A stretch of DNA of 64,000 bases from Albugo candida (lineage: Eukaryota). The translations under genes and the position numbers were made by a program. A model generated the notes under the pieces. That model ran no database searches, was not told where the DNA came from, and saw nothing but the letters and a program-made list of their open reading frames with translations. Location: positions 310,001 through 374,000 of the forward strand of contig JBDOQK010000008.1 of NCBI GenBank assembly GCA_040437565.1, in the 5' to 3' direction. Positions 11,201-25,200 of this stretch are shown here, in pieces (within the stretch, counting starts at the first letter, position 1; every line of letters starts with the position of its first letter).

Positions 11201-14200
11201 ATCATGGTGGGTATCATAATGCTTTGTACCAAAGAAAGGAAAATATGCAACTCGCCAGTACCAGGATTCAATCTCGCTGGAGGGGAAAGCAGGGTCGTCG
11301 GAGAGCAATTTTCCTCCCACAAAAGCAAGCATTCTATCATGCAAAAGCTGTAGAACTCCAACATGCGAGAGATAAAATTGTCATGGAATGGAAAGATAAT
11401 GAAACACAAAGCGATACGGATTCAGTTCGGCTAGGACAAGCAATTTCGTCGAAAAAAATAATCAAGAAAAAGGTGATAAACGTAGCGATGGGAGATCAAA
11501 TTCGTAAAGCTCAAAACGAAATAGACGATCGATTTCGTGAAATGGAAAGAGAACTTGGATACATTGACCATGAAAGTCAGACGAAAGTCGAGAAGCACAA
11601 TCTATCTCTAAAACAGGAGATTTCTACGATCCTAATTCAGAACATAGGTGATGCGAAGCGAGAGGTAGGATATTCACCACAACTCCATTCAATGGTGAAG
11701 AAGGACAGATCCCATGCAGCAGACGTGCTGGAACAAAAACGGATTGAGGAAACAGACTCTACTCAACAACGATTACAATCCAGTAACTTCGAGACCAATA
11801 ATCAAACAGAAGAGCAGAGACCCAGTGATTTTTACGGTAGTCAGGTTTCTGAAAGCAACGAAGAAGATTTGCTATCATCTGATGCCCCATTGCAACTGGT
11901 ATATTCATATTTGCGCATACGGTGTGACGGGTTGACACCATACAAATTCAGGGAGCTCTCACTTGAGCTTCCCTCTAAGCGACACATTTGCAACTATGTC
12001 TGTTCATTCCGTCGAATGGATGGTAAATATGAGCATCACAAACTCGAAATGGATCTAGTTGACCATTTTCGCATCAAAAAAAGTACCTCTCCGCTCGTGT
12101 TGGCACTCATTGAGCTTACTGAAAATGATGCGTGTTTTGGACTGACTTACGCGCTGTTGCATAAACTTAGATGTGAGAATGAACAAATCTACTTGATGTC
12201 AGCATTCGAGCGTGGTATACGACTTTCCCGAAGTACGCCTGCTTCTCTGAAGACACCAGATAGCACCGTTAGTATTACCAACAGCACATCGGTACATGAC
12301 GTGCTTCCATCTTATTCTTCTCTTCGTGATACGAAAAAATTGGATTTGATCGCAAAACATAAATCTCGAGCAACCGAAGCGTATGAAAAGATGGTACATG
12401 CAATGTTAGAATGGAAAAGGGTCGAGCGATCGTTGCAAGAAACAGAAAATGATGAAGTTCAGTCCCATGGTCTCGGAATTTGTACCGATCATATAGATTG
12501 GTCAGGACGACTAAATCAGGCTTTGCAACTCCCGGAACTATCTGAAGATGAGATTCGCGATAAATACGTGGAAATCTATAACATTTGTCACAATTTCCTA
12601 CACACCGCAACTGCAGTTGCCATGATCATAGCACAGGAGGCCACCTTACCATTATCATCCAGATCAATAATTCCTTTGTATCATTTGAAAGCTGATGGCC
12701 GCAAAGATTCAATCCGACCAGGCATCAAAAGGACGTACGAGGTTCACAACATCCGATTCGAACTTTCCATAGATGACCATGGACGCTACGAGAGTTGTGA
12801 TGAATTTGCGGCAAAGTTCTACGGACATGAAGTTAGGAATTCCGCTTTATACATGCGTTCAATTGGGTCCAGCATCAACTTTCTGCTTCCATTACAGTGC
12901 TGTGTGGATACGCGAGGATTTCGAGTTTTGTGCACATCGGTTCTTCCGGTCGACACAAACTCGCTCACAAATGAGTTTGGGTATACAGAGATACATACGG
13001 GTGAACAGAATCTGATTCAAGGTACAAAGGATCATGGAAATGTAATTATTGCCTCCAGTAAGAGGCTTAGAGACTTACTGTCCCCAGTTTCGAAAGAACT
13101 CAATACTAGTCAGCATTTTGTTCGAGGATCGCAAGATCTGGTTCAGCGAAGCATTTACGGACCGTCTGATCTACAAATTTATTCTTTAGCGCCCGATCGA
13201 TACATGTTACTCAGTTTTGCACGCGCTATGCCACCGGAAGATCCCGCGCCCACCAAACATTTGATAGCATCCACGCGTGGGATGAGTATCTTATGGCGAC
13301 AGCTACGTTCTGAGTTCGTGCGGACGCAGAAACGCGCTTTGTCGCCCGATGCACTTTTTTCCACGACATATTCCGCATCAGACTGCTTCCAACAGGCTAA
13401 AGACGTGGAAGATGCTACAATCGAGTTACTAAATACAGTGATTCCTAGATTTGCAAAAGAAATGTGTCAAAATGCACAGTACTACTTATCCTTGTGTAAT
13501 GAGAATTCAAAATGGAGCAATAGTAACCAAGAGATCGAAGATGGAAAAAATGAATTCGAAGTGATAGAAAGTGGATGGAATAAAAGCGCGTTGACAAGAG
13601 GAATGCATCGTCACGGCATAAATGTGCGTCATCTCGGATTATTGCGTGCCCACTTAAAATCTGACGATGCTGGTGAGTTTTTTTGTGAGCCTATTGCGAC
13701 GAAAGAAACGAATCATTTATCACATTTGGCACAAACGAGCAATCTCACACCTTGTGAGAGTGGGTGTAAATCTATGACTCGTTCCTCCTCGCTTCAGGCG
13801 CTCGTTTTGGCTGAAATGGTGGCCAGAACTTTGAAAAATGTCATACGTCACTTTTTACGTGAAGAAGCCAAACAGACTAAGACAGGATTAAACTCAGCAT
13901 TTTTGAACTATGTAATCGTTCAGACCCTCAATTTGTTCACCGGAGGACGGAGAGGAAGTGATTCATTTTGGAAAACCTTTCTCATTCGTGGCGTGCGTGT
14001 TCGATTCGGGAATATTGCATTATCTCAAGATGAAGAATCCAACGCACGCACTGATGCTGTACCGTGGTTTCATTATATCGTTCGTCGCGTGTCGGATATG
14101 CTCGGACTTAGTTTGACGGCTGGATCACTTTTACGTCTACGATTGTCACCAAATGGCTATACTTTTAGCTCGGAAGATTTCCTGGCAGGACGCGACTGTC

Positions 14201-17200
14201 AGTTTGGAGATATAAGAACACCACAATCCGTCACAATGTGCCGAGTGAAGAGTAATTTATCTGTGCTTCATTTTGCTATGGGTTCCTTGCTGTCACTTGA
14301 AGGATCTGTCAGACAGTCATGCACATACAAAGAAGTTGTCTTGACGGCTCAGCCGCATGGCTACTGGCCTTTGTCTGAAACAAAAGGAACGACAAAAGCA
14401 TTCAACTTGGGATTATTAGGAACAGATCTGACTGGAAATTACATCGGTAAGTGCGAACTTGAAGGTCCAGGTTTCGTATGCAATTCTGAGTACAATCGTG
14501 CGGTCAGATTCCGGAGGGATAAAAGAGCCTTTGTGAATTATGTTGATTCTCATGTTCCGCTGATACAAATTCAAGATACAATGTCTATGATAGGAACTTT
14601 AGAGGCATGGTGCTCTTGTGAAGGACTGTGTGGTAGAAGGCAGACCATCGTGGCGGTTGGCTGCCTCAGCCTAGATATTATAATGTCAGATCATTGGGCT
14701 GTGATATTGCAAAATCAAAGCGTCAATGTCATAGCTCAAGGACCACCAGTTAGCTTAAACAGATGGACATATCTTAGCGCTACTCTGAATGGTACCACAT
14801 TGCGCTTGTATGTAAATGGTAGACTTGAAAGAGAAGTCAATTGGCGCCACACTATCAGGAACAAGTCCCCTTTGCAAGGGGCTTCAGTCAGCGAAACTAA
14901 AGCAAGACTGGAGAACCTGAGCGATGAGAAGCAATATATTGCAAGTGAGAAAGAAAAGCATGATTGTAATTCAGAAGATGGGAAGTTTTTCAAGTGGCTC
15001 AAAATGCTGCAAATAAAGCCACGAAGAAAGACAGCCAAGATACGTTGGTCCACCTTTGGAAAACGGGATTACGACAAGTCGCCAATATGTGATAAATCAT
15101 CAGGCACTTTATTTCGACTTAATAAGCTTGAAATGCACTCGACATCAAATTGTAAGGAACAAAGTGAACCGATAGGCCTCGACGACATACAAGGTAGGCA
15201 CGACAAGGATAGGACGAATAGCCTGGAAAAAGCTCAAATAATACGACCTACGCGAATTGCTTGCTTGTTCACTGATAGAAGCCGGGATGGCAAATACTTT
15301 TTCCAAGGTCTCATCGCTCATGTCGCATGCTACCACAACAAAACTCTCGCTCATGAAGACATCAACAAACACTATGTCATAGGAACGCAAAATCGAGCGG
15401 GAGTACGTGACCATTTTCTTGATTTAGCAGTTCAGCGATTTGCACGAACTTTGTCCACATTTGATCCTCAAGATCACAGTACGTTACGCCATTTTGCAAA
15501 AAATGTGTGTGCCTCACGAAATCATCACAACGAGTCTATAGAATCTATCATCAATCAGAAACGACGAATCTGCCTTGCGGTCAATGCCTTGATACTTGCC
15601 AAGTGTGTGCATGGTATCGCCGAAATAATGAGAAACCTACCACTTAGTCCAAGGTTCAGCGATCTCTTCATTTCATGCTACCAGAGTATTTTGCAAGAAG
15701 ATCCATCATATTTTCGACCAAAAAATGATCCAAGTTGTCAATTTGCGCTGGAAGATCTTGCTGAAATTCCGTTCGCCCTTTTCTTTATACCTGGCAATGC
15801 CTTATCGATCTCCGATATCCTACCAGACGATCACGTACTTTTGCCCGAATGTGATATGAGGTATGCTTACGATGACTGTCAAAGCTTTGGGAGCAACCGT
15901 GGATCCAGTCAGGGGAAGATTGTCCAGACTTTCGCGGACATACTGATTCGTACAGTGACAAAAGTTCCTTACTTTTTCAGTCGAGATTCACCGACAAATG
16001 TGAAGTGGCTTGGATACATCATAAACCAGAAACTCATTCTTCATTGCGCTTTGCGACTTCGAAAAGATGGTTTTTTGGATAATCTGTGTTTTGAAGACAT
16101 CCCAGACATTTCAACACGGGACTTTGAAGTGATCGTGAGGAACAACACCAATTGTAAATGTCTTTCCATTCCCAGCTGCAAATTTCTAGCTGAAAGAACA
16201 ATAAAGGAAACGATTCTTGTATGTCGAAAACTGCAAGAGCTTGACCTTTCTTACTGTGACCAACTACACGATTCTTTCTTGGACGAGATTGCGGGGAAAT
16301 GCGCCGAGCTGAAGAAGCTTGCGGTCGCTCATTGCCATCAGATAAGCGATATCGGCTTGGTATCGCTCCTTCGAAAGCTTGGTTGCCGGCTTGAGAGCCT
16401 AGACATAAGCCATTGTGAACAGTTGACTGATGCGAGCCTCACACACATTGTAGCATTGTGTACAATGCTCCAAGATTTGAACTCACAATGGTGCTTACAA
16501 TTCACGAGCAAAGGATTCCAGCGGATTGAGAAGTGTACTTCTTTTTCGAACTCACTAGAGCGAATCAATATTTCTGGCTGCAAAAAGATAGAAACAGAGG
16601 GAATTGTCCACCTAGCGGAATGCTGCACGAATTTACAGCACATCATATTGAACTCCTGCGAAAGAATTACAAGTCGATCAATAAGTGCGCTGATGCAGAA
16701 ATGTACGCACTTGAAAACACTGCATATGCAGGACCTGGTCTTGGTGACAAGCGAACTCCTCTCTGAAGCTCAACTGGTTGATAATATGTCGCAACAAAGT
16801 ACACAATGTGAACTCTCCGATCTGTCCCTTTCCGGCTGCACCGATATCGACGATGAAGCATTTCGATATTTTTGCACTCAGATAGCGGACTTGAAGTTTT
16901 TGAATTTGTCATCGTGCACATCTTTGACTCAGGATGTGTTTCATTGCTTTGCCGCAAACGCGAATCGTTGTACATCTGCATTGGAAATCTTAGACTTGAG
17001 CTTTTGCCCCCAATTCAACCCGAGTGACGTAGAACTGCTAACCACAAATAGTCATCGCTTGATTTCGCTGAATCTCTCGGGATTGATTACGTTGGACAAT
17101 ACAAATGTGAATTCGATCATCAAATATTGCCCACATTTGGCCAAATTACATCTTGGTTTCTGTCGAGAATTGAATGATAGTATACTCCACTCTATCGCTG

Positions 17201-17577
17201 CTAATCTTACTCTGCAGTATCTTAACATCGAAAGGTGTAACAAGATGACCGATGATGGAATTTTAGCATTCATTGACGACAACTTTACATTACAATCACT
17301 GAACATATCGTCCTGTAAATTAATTACTGACAGAGTAATGCTTTTCTTGATGAAAAGCTGCCCCAGGTTGCGAACATTGAGCATCGAGCTCTGTTCACAG
17401 ATTACACTAGCTAATATTTCAGCCCTGAGACGGAAAAGATCAAGTCTAAATGTTATATATTCGGATTTTGCGAAGCAAACTGGAGAAATATCAAAATTCG
17501 ACGCGGCTTTTCTATACAAGCCACAAGCACCTATCTACAATACGCGGAATTACAAGTCGGATACCAAATGTGATTGA
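8238..17577 (+). CDS. Large multidomain protein (~3,020 aa): coiled coil, IQ motif, CLU (clustered mitochondria) + CLU-central, LamG/ConA-like, C-terminal FBXL/RNI-type LRRs
   Basis: 2868-aa ORF 8971-17577 extends in frame to ATG 8238 if the gap-flanking duplicate (8454-8625 vs 8726-8896) is collapsed using the A8 copy. IQ: IQSRWRGKQGR. CLU: DWSGRLNQAL, GHEVRN, PLQCCVDTRGFRVLC, FARAMPPE, LRSEFV, LSPDA, MHRHGINVRHLG, EMVARTLKN. LamG: GYWPLSE, TLEAW, LRLYVNG, FQGLIAHVA. More than 12 LxxLDLSxCxxLTD repeats. Confidence 0.85.
8454..8896. repeat. Gap-flanking direct duplication (8454-8625 vs 8726-8896)
   Basis: Identical except an A8 vs A7 homopolymer; 100-N gap between the copies. Confidence 0.9.
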
Positions 17578-17796
17578 TATCTTGAGATCTTCAAGTCGCA
17601 GTTTGTTGTCTCGCTATAAAGTTTTGGATATAATGTTGAAAATTTTGATGACTTCAAATTCATGTCGCTTCTTCCGATCTATGTTGTGTATGCACCGGAT
17701 AAATTAGAAAGGGGGTTCGAGAGGTGACCTAGTTCTTGATAGCTTTAAAGTGCCAAGTAGCGATATGCACAGCATATGTCACCATACGCATCGGTG

Positions 17797-18224
17797 CCGA
17801 TGCGTAGCGAACTAGCCATAATTTGATGGTCGCAACCGCGTTACGTGTCCATCTGAGTAGCATGATTGCTATCATGTACCAATATATTCGTCCAAAGCAC
17901 AGCGGCCGCTGCACTACTTTGTTAAAAGTAACAGACTGGTCTTCCATATTTCGTTCGCAGNNNNNNNNNNNNNNNNNNNNNNNNNNNNNNNNNNNNNNNN
18001 NNNNNNNNNNNNNNNNNNNNNNNNNNNNNNNNNNNNNNNNNNNNNNNNNNNNNNNNNNNNCCGATGCGTAGCGAACTAGCCATAATTTGATGGTCGCAAC
18101 CGCGTTACGTGTCCATCTGAGTAGCATGATTGCTATCATGTACCAATATATTCGTCCAAAGCACAGCGGCCGCTGCACTACTTTGTTAAAAGTAACAGAC
18201 TGGTCTTCCATATTTCGTTCGCAG
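17797..18224. repeat. Gap-flanking direct duplication (17797-17960 = 18061-18224)
   Basis: Identical 164 nt on both sides of a 100-N gap. Confidence 0.9.
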
Positions 18225-19288
18225 CTGTCTCAGTATGTTCGCAAAGTGCACACGTGCACCCTTCTGAGCATATAGCTGATATTACCTCCAAGTCAGTAAA
18301 GCATGGCAAAATGAGGATTTCCAACAAGTGATCTTTCAATGATCATGATTTCTGTATAATCCGCTCGAGATGCGGTACTGAAGGTACCTATATGATCAGA
18401 AGTGCAGATTCCCTCTCGCTTATAGTGAATAGAGCGAAAAAAATATCAAAGGTGAAGCACGGCGGGGTATAAAAATCCTTCATCCCCTACAGCTCGAGTG
18501 TTTTGATTCTCCCGTGTGGCATTCTAGTTAAATTCTCCGAGATTATTGCTGCACTATATAAGGTTTTAGATGAGATGTCATTGTACTGATTTGAATAAAG
18601 ATTGTGAATGCTTTGTCACGTATCACGGCAATCTAGCTAATTTTGCTCGTCATGCAGGTTCCAGAGTGAAGATTATTTCATCGACTTTGCAGGCGCTGCT
18701 AGCGACAAAATAAAGATCAGGCCAATATATTGATGGTAAGACGACAATTACGTCAAGTCAACACATGCTACTCGAATGGTGCTAGTGTGGTGTCGACAAT
18801 GGCTGCTCATGAAGAGCTAGATTACAGCTAAAAGCTCGAAACTTTAAAGTTTAATAGAACCTTCAACGATTTCCGTTTATCGATTTGTGCCACTGAATAT
18901 TTACATACTTCTTGCACACAAGTCGTTCTGCTTCCGTCCGGAAATGATCTTTGCGATGCAGATGATGTCATATAACCGATTTTGTCACCAATGTAATAAT
19001 GTCGCAGGATCAATCGTAAGGCTCTCGCCAAATGTGTCTCTTTGTATCTTTCATCTAAAGCATAAAAATTCGAAATAGATCCCTGTACCATCAAGTCGCA
19101 GTCATACGACCGACTCCTTGGTTCGCTATAACATTCTCCATGCTATCATGCTTGATCAATCGATGCATGCGCATGTATCTAATCACAGGTGCAGCAACTG
19201 ATGATTGTATAGCGCTGCCAAATACTCAGAGTGAGATTATTACGTAGTCCGGATCGCAAAACATGATTTTGAGACACAGGGATTTGAG

Positions 19289-22200
19289 ATGCACTGGAGT
19301 GTGAACCCATCCAGTAATGCATCTTTATACACTAATGATCACTGGGTCAATGTTCCCGATACATCAATCTCTGTAACACTCCCTGCACCTATGTCAAGTT
19401 TTATTTCGTATTCTATTAGCGCAGCATATTCAATGAATCTGAAAACAGGTTCAATATACGACGTTAGCAAGGCAAAACACGACAACATAGTGGCATTTCG
19501 TATCCTTGTTGACGGCATCCCGTTTCGACAGTCCGGGACATCCATGGGTATATCTCAAAGTAATTTCAGTAGAACAAGTGGGTATCTTGGGATAGAGATG
19601 AGAGAAGGAAATCACATCGTAGCGTTGCAGTGGAGGAAAAGAGGGTCAATTGTTCGCTCATGGAGGCTTGTCAAAAATAAAATGGACGGCTTTCAGGGAG
19701 GGCGATTACTATTGATGTCATCGCATAAAAACACATTCCGGTACATACAGCCGCTCACAGAGGCCATTCTGATCTCCTCGACACAATGGCATCAAGTCAG
19801 AGATATGAAGCTGCGACTAAATTATGATTCCCAGACGAGGATTTACTTTTTTTATCAAATATTGATCACATCAGAATCATCACCTTACACAGGTATGAAG
19901 CCTCTTAATCCAACCTGACATGAAAGAATAAACTTTCCACATTATAGCAGGGATAAACGAAGGTACCATCGAGACGATCTTAATAATTAATGGTGCCAGA
20001 TATACGGAGACTCGGGCTTCTACAACATCGCTCGGAAAAGCTGTAAAATCACTTCGAGGAAGTGTAATACTTAAAGTGGATCCGGGTGAAGTCGTTGTAC
20101 TACTGCAATGGCGTCATAAATTTTTCTCGGAAAAGATTTGGCGATGCAGTCCTTCTATTGACGATGGATTCGAAATGGGAAGAATTCTAGGCGCGTTAAA
20201 CGATCACGTAATTGAAGCTCCGTCCGCATACAGCTCTTGGCTTTTTTATTATCCGAATATACAAAACTGGTCGATTGTTGGAGATTCTTTATCGAGTTTT
20301 GAATTGACGAACGCCACCCATGTTGAATTCACATACAGTCTTCCGATCAGTCAGAAAGGGAATCAGGATTCAGAGATAGGAAGACACACATCTTATGAGG
20401 CAATACAAAGCCGCATATTAGTAGATGGAATATGGTATCGTCATCAACATTTCATGGATGCGACCAGGAGTAGCTCTGATATGCAGGCAACATTAATTAT
20501 CCCGCTAGCAGGAGGTACACATACTGCCTGCGTCCTGTGGGAAAATAGAACTGACAATATGTGGAGATCAATAGTGGGTTCCTCCAGCCAATCTGTGCAT
20601 CTTCGTGTGACATTCCATCACAACGAACCAGTCATCTCGAGCCCGGTCTCTTACACAGTATTTGAAGATGAGGACATGGTATTGTCTGGTATCAATGTTC
20701 GGGACAAAAGTTTCTTGGATCTTATAGACTATATAGTGGAAGTCAATTTAGCTGTAGTGCACGGCACATTGATTCTACTTCAATCAGCCGGAGATGATAA
20801 TGAACAGACTGAGAATAATAGGTACTTCATGAGTGGTAAAGTCTCGTACATCAATGCGAGACTTGATCGGATTGTGTATCGTGCAAATTCAGACTGGAAT
20901 GGGCAGGATCAATTATCTTTGTTCGTACGATCCAAAGAATACGATGGAATCTCATCTAAGGTAGATACCTGTATTATTGATATACATGTCCAGCCAGTAA
21001 ATGATCCTCCTCAACTAGCTGTTCCTATGCAAATGATTCTACTCGAGGATGATAAGGTAGATATTTTTGGAATCAGTGTCTCTGACAAGGACATCGAGTT
21101 GGATCCGGTCACAAATCACAATATAGTGAGCGAATATATAGAAGTTTGGTTACACGTTGTTGATGGAGTCTTGGTGTTCCCACACGCTGGAAACCTTCAA
21201 GTTCTACAGGGAGACATTTCTGCCGACCAACTATTACACGTTCGTGGGCGCCTAAGCGATGTTAATTTGGCTTTGCAGGAAGTGGTATACTATCCTAGTT
21301 CGGATTATAATGCGCTACAGCATGAGGAATTTATTGGAATTCACGTGAGAGATGAAGAAGGAGCAGAAAGTGAGGCACAAATAGAACTGGTTGTCTTGCC
21401 TTTTGACGATAAACCATACCTCGAGAAGCGAGCAGCATTCAGTGTCGCGTTACAAGGTTACAAGTTGATCTTTGACGAATTTTTGACGAGCATGAAAGAT
21501 CAGAAAGCTTTTGTGAGAATGCAGACCGTGACAAAGTCTGGTAAATTGAAGCTAGCTCAAGGCTCTAGCAATTTCACAAGCGATTTGGAGTGGATTTCTC
21601 CCAACGATCCTCATATCAGCTCTTCATACTTGGAATTTGGAGGTTATGTACAAAAGGTTGCAAAATTTTTGGAGTCATTAGTTTATACTCGAGCCCCCTC
21701 ATTTGATGGATACGAGGTCATACATATTAGTCTCAGTCACCTACCAACCTTTTATGATTCACAACATTTCGTGATACAAATGGCGCTACAGACAGAAACC
21801 AGGAATCCTGTGATTCCCAAGACTCCAATCCGAATACGTCAGCTTCAGCCAAATAGAGGAAACTTCTTTGGTGGTACGCATATCAGCATTGTAGGGAGTG
21901 GTTTCTCTATCCTATATGATCTGTACGACACGCTCATGTGCAAAGTCGGTACCAACGATGCAGTTGTAGCTACTTTTCTGAATGATACCAACCTCATCTG
22001 CGTTTCTCCCAGTAATCGTCAGTCGAACAACGGCATTTCGGTCAACACGACCTTTCTGATGATAACCGATGAACACGAGCAGTTTTACACAAATCCATTG
22101 GCATATGTCTATGACAGTATATGGCAGCTAGGGGCTGTTTATCCGAAAGTTTTATCAGTAATGACAAGTACAAGGCTCAGGCTGCATGGTTACAATTTCG

Positions 22201-25200
22201 TCAACTTGGCTAGTTGGAGGTGCATCTTCGATAAGGCTATTGCAGTAACCGCGTATTTCATGTCTCCAAACCAGCTTGAATGCTTTGCCCCTCCGGCTCT
22301 CACAAAACAGCGAAAAAACATCACGGTACGGCTCACTAACAATGGGGTCGAAAGCTCGATGGCTTTCTTGCTCAGTTACAAAGGTATCGTGATCGGCATC
22401 CGCTATCAAGGGTTCAGACTTCTTATTACATTTTCTAGATATTCCGCAAATAAATCTGGTCGAGCCACTCACAAGCTTTTTTGGTGAAAGAGATATTAGT
22501 ATACGTGGAACAGGCTTTTGTTTGCACGAGCTGTACGAATGTATCTTTGACGAAAACTTCACATCCAGGGCGACTGTTTTGTCAAGCTACGATCTTTCCT
22601 GTCCGCAACCAGCTAATAGCAGGTCTCTCGACCAAAAATCGTTAATGTCGAATTTGAGTATCCGATACGGATTTGTTAGCATTCCTTCACCCAGAAGCAT
22701 CAACTTATACGGTACGCTTCCTTCGAATCTATACCCCGGCAATCATAATGCTTTTATATATCCCCAGCGCCCCCTGAAATCCAGGGCACAGAACCTCCTT
22801 TTGGTATCGCAAACGCAGTGCATGATATCATTCTTCACGGACACAATATGTCGAATGTATCAACGCTGTTTTGTCAGTACCATTCAACTGTGATCTCGAC
22901 GGTGCAAGCTATATATCTCAATTCCACCAGCATTCAATGTGCAGGTATACCTTTCCAGCAACCGCAGTCTAATTGGATTGGTGTGAGAGTTGCAACGCAA
23001 CACCACTTATATAATGGCGAAGGAAGTCACATGAAATGGTTCATGTTGCCATACTCAAGGTTACCGGAAGTAACGACTATTCTTCCACCATTCGGTTTGT
23101 CATCATCGGGAGGAAGCATTGAGGTACATGGCAACTATTTTAAACCGTGGTATTCCGCCAACTGTCATTTTGTGGAGCTCAGAATGTCAGTGAAGCTTCG
23201 ATTTACCTCGACAGTGAATGGAATCTGCGTTATACCCCGACTTCTCATTTTTCATCTCCAGTCTCAAACGATTCTCGTGGAAATACGACTTGTACTGCCA
23301 ATCGGAAAAGGATACGACAAAGAGATTACGCTTGCATCTTTCCCTTACATTTTACTTAAACCACTCAGAATTACTAGACTCTTTCCGCAAATGGGAGTTT
23401 GGTCTCCCAGTAGAAATCTGACTATTGTATTGGATGCCAATGTGACAGAAGCGCAGAGTCTTATCAATCATTCACATATTAAGTGTAGCTTTGGATATAC
23501 GACAACTCCGGCAATTGTGAGAAACCATTTTAACATCAGCTGCACTATGCCGAATCCTCCTGTAGGCAAAATGATGTCTATACCGGTCAAAATTATGAGT
23601 GGAGAACCTAACAATCAGAAATGTATATCCGAAACTAAAGCTACAAAAGAGACTTCGCTTGTTTTCTTGAACCCAGTACGAATCATTACTGTATTTCCAA
23701 AGCAAACAAGTGACGCTGGCAACGTATCGATCCAAGTTCGTATGAGTGGCCGAGTACTTGGGATTATTTACTGCTCGTTTGGCCCGAAACATTTTGTACC
23801 TGCCACCGTAGTAGAGCACAATCTTGCCTTTTGCAAAGCTCCAAGGTCTCAAGCCGGAACGAAATTACTTCGAATTATGAGTAGCGATTTGATTTTGCTA
23901 TCGCAAAACGCAGTTTTGTTCACTTATTATGTTCGACCAAAAAATGTCAGAATTCTCCTAAACCAAGGAGCTTTACTGGATTCAAATTCTCGAGTAAAAA
24001 TACAGACCAGCACGCATTTTGGCTTGGAAATGAATATAACATGCTTATTCGACGCTCCCTCTGGCAGATTCCTGTCCATTGCCTCACTGATAACAAAAGA
24101 TCTAGCCATTTGTCGCCTACCCTCTTCCCTTCGCTTTGCCTCAATTACTTTGAACGCCTCCGTTTGGATTGATGGAAGTAGATATGTGCATCATCATATT
24201 TTAAACAAAGTTGGAGGTATGAAAACCACGGTTCGGAACCCCGAGTATCTGCGCAGCTTTCTTACAGGAGGAATGGTGGTAGCACTCAGTGCAAGAATAC
24301 TTAATCCTGTTATCGGGATAACAAGTGAATCAGCTTCCTGCTATTGCCGGTTTGTAGGCGTGATAGTTCAGGCCACATTTTGCCAATTTGATAATTCCAC
24401 AGCATTGACTGTACTGTCCGAATGCATATCACCGCCAATGTTTTATCCGGAATGTGGATATCTTAGTTTCAGCATCAATGGTCAGGACTTTCATAAAGTA
24501 GAATCCACGTCCGGAATCGAGTACAAAGCCTCACCAATAATTGAATACTTCTTACCTCACGTTGGATCACGTCGTGGAGGTACAGATCTACTCATTCGAG
24601 GACAGGGATTTGATGCTCTTATTGAGTTGCATTGCCAATTTTCTTGCTACATGAGCGAGAACCTGAAAATTCGAAGACTTGGCACAGTCATCAACCAGAC
24701 GACGTTGAAGTGTAGTACACCCGCGTCAGAGGAGTTTGAGACTGAGTGCAATCACATTTGGACTGATGTAACTTGGGGAAAAGAGGCTTTCAATATGAGA
24801 TTTGATTCTTTATTCCATTATTGGAAGACACCTTCAATTTCATTATTGATATCTAGTCAAATTCCAGTAAATATGAACAGCAGTATCGCCATTCTCGGTT
24901 ACCCGTTTCCTCAATTCGGACATCTGCAATGTCGGCTCAGCTCATCAGGCCTCTTGTTACCAGCATTGTGGCTTTCTGCTGACAAGATTAAGTGCTATTA
25001 CACCGAGAATTCCGGTCAGATAGGGATGGATTCGCTAGATGTTAGTGTCAACGGTCAAGAATGGTCTAATAAACTGACTATCGACATTACAGAAGCGTTC
25101 GAGATCAAAGGGATTTTCCCAACATCACTGATTTCATGTGCAGTCGGCACAAAAGTGGTAGTTGAAGCTGGAGGTCTGATCACCAAAGGTCAGAATTCTG

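Noticed and set aside
17729-18275. ORFs with an apparent internal tandem repeat (MEDQSVTFNK... twice)
   Set aside because: The repeat is the identical gap-flanking overlap. No recognisable domain; a small gene cannot be excluded but is unsupported.
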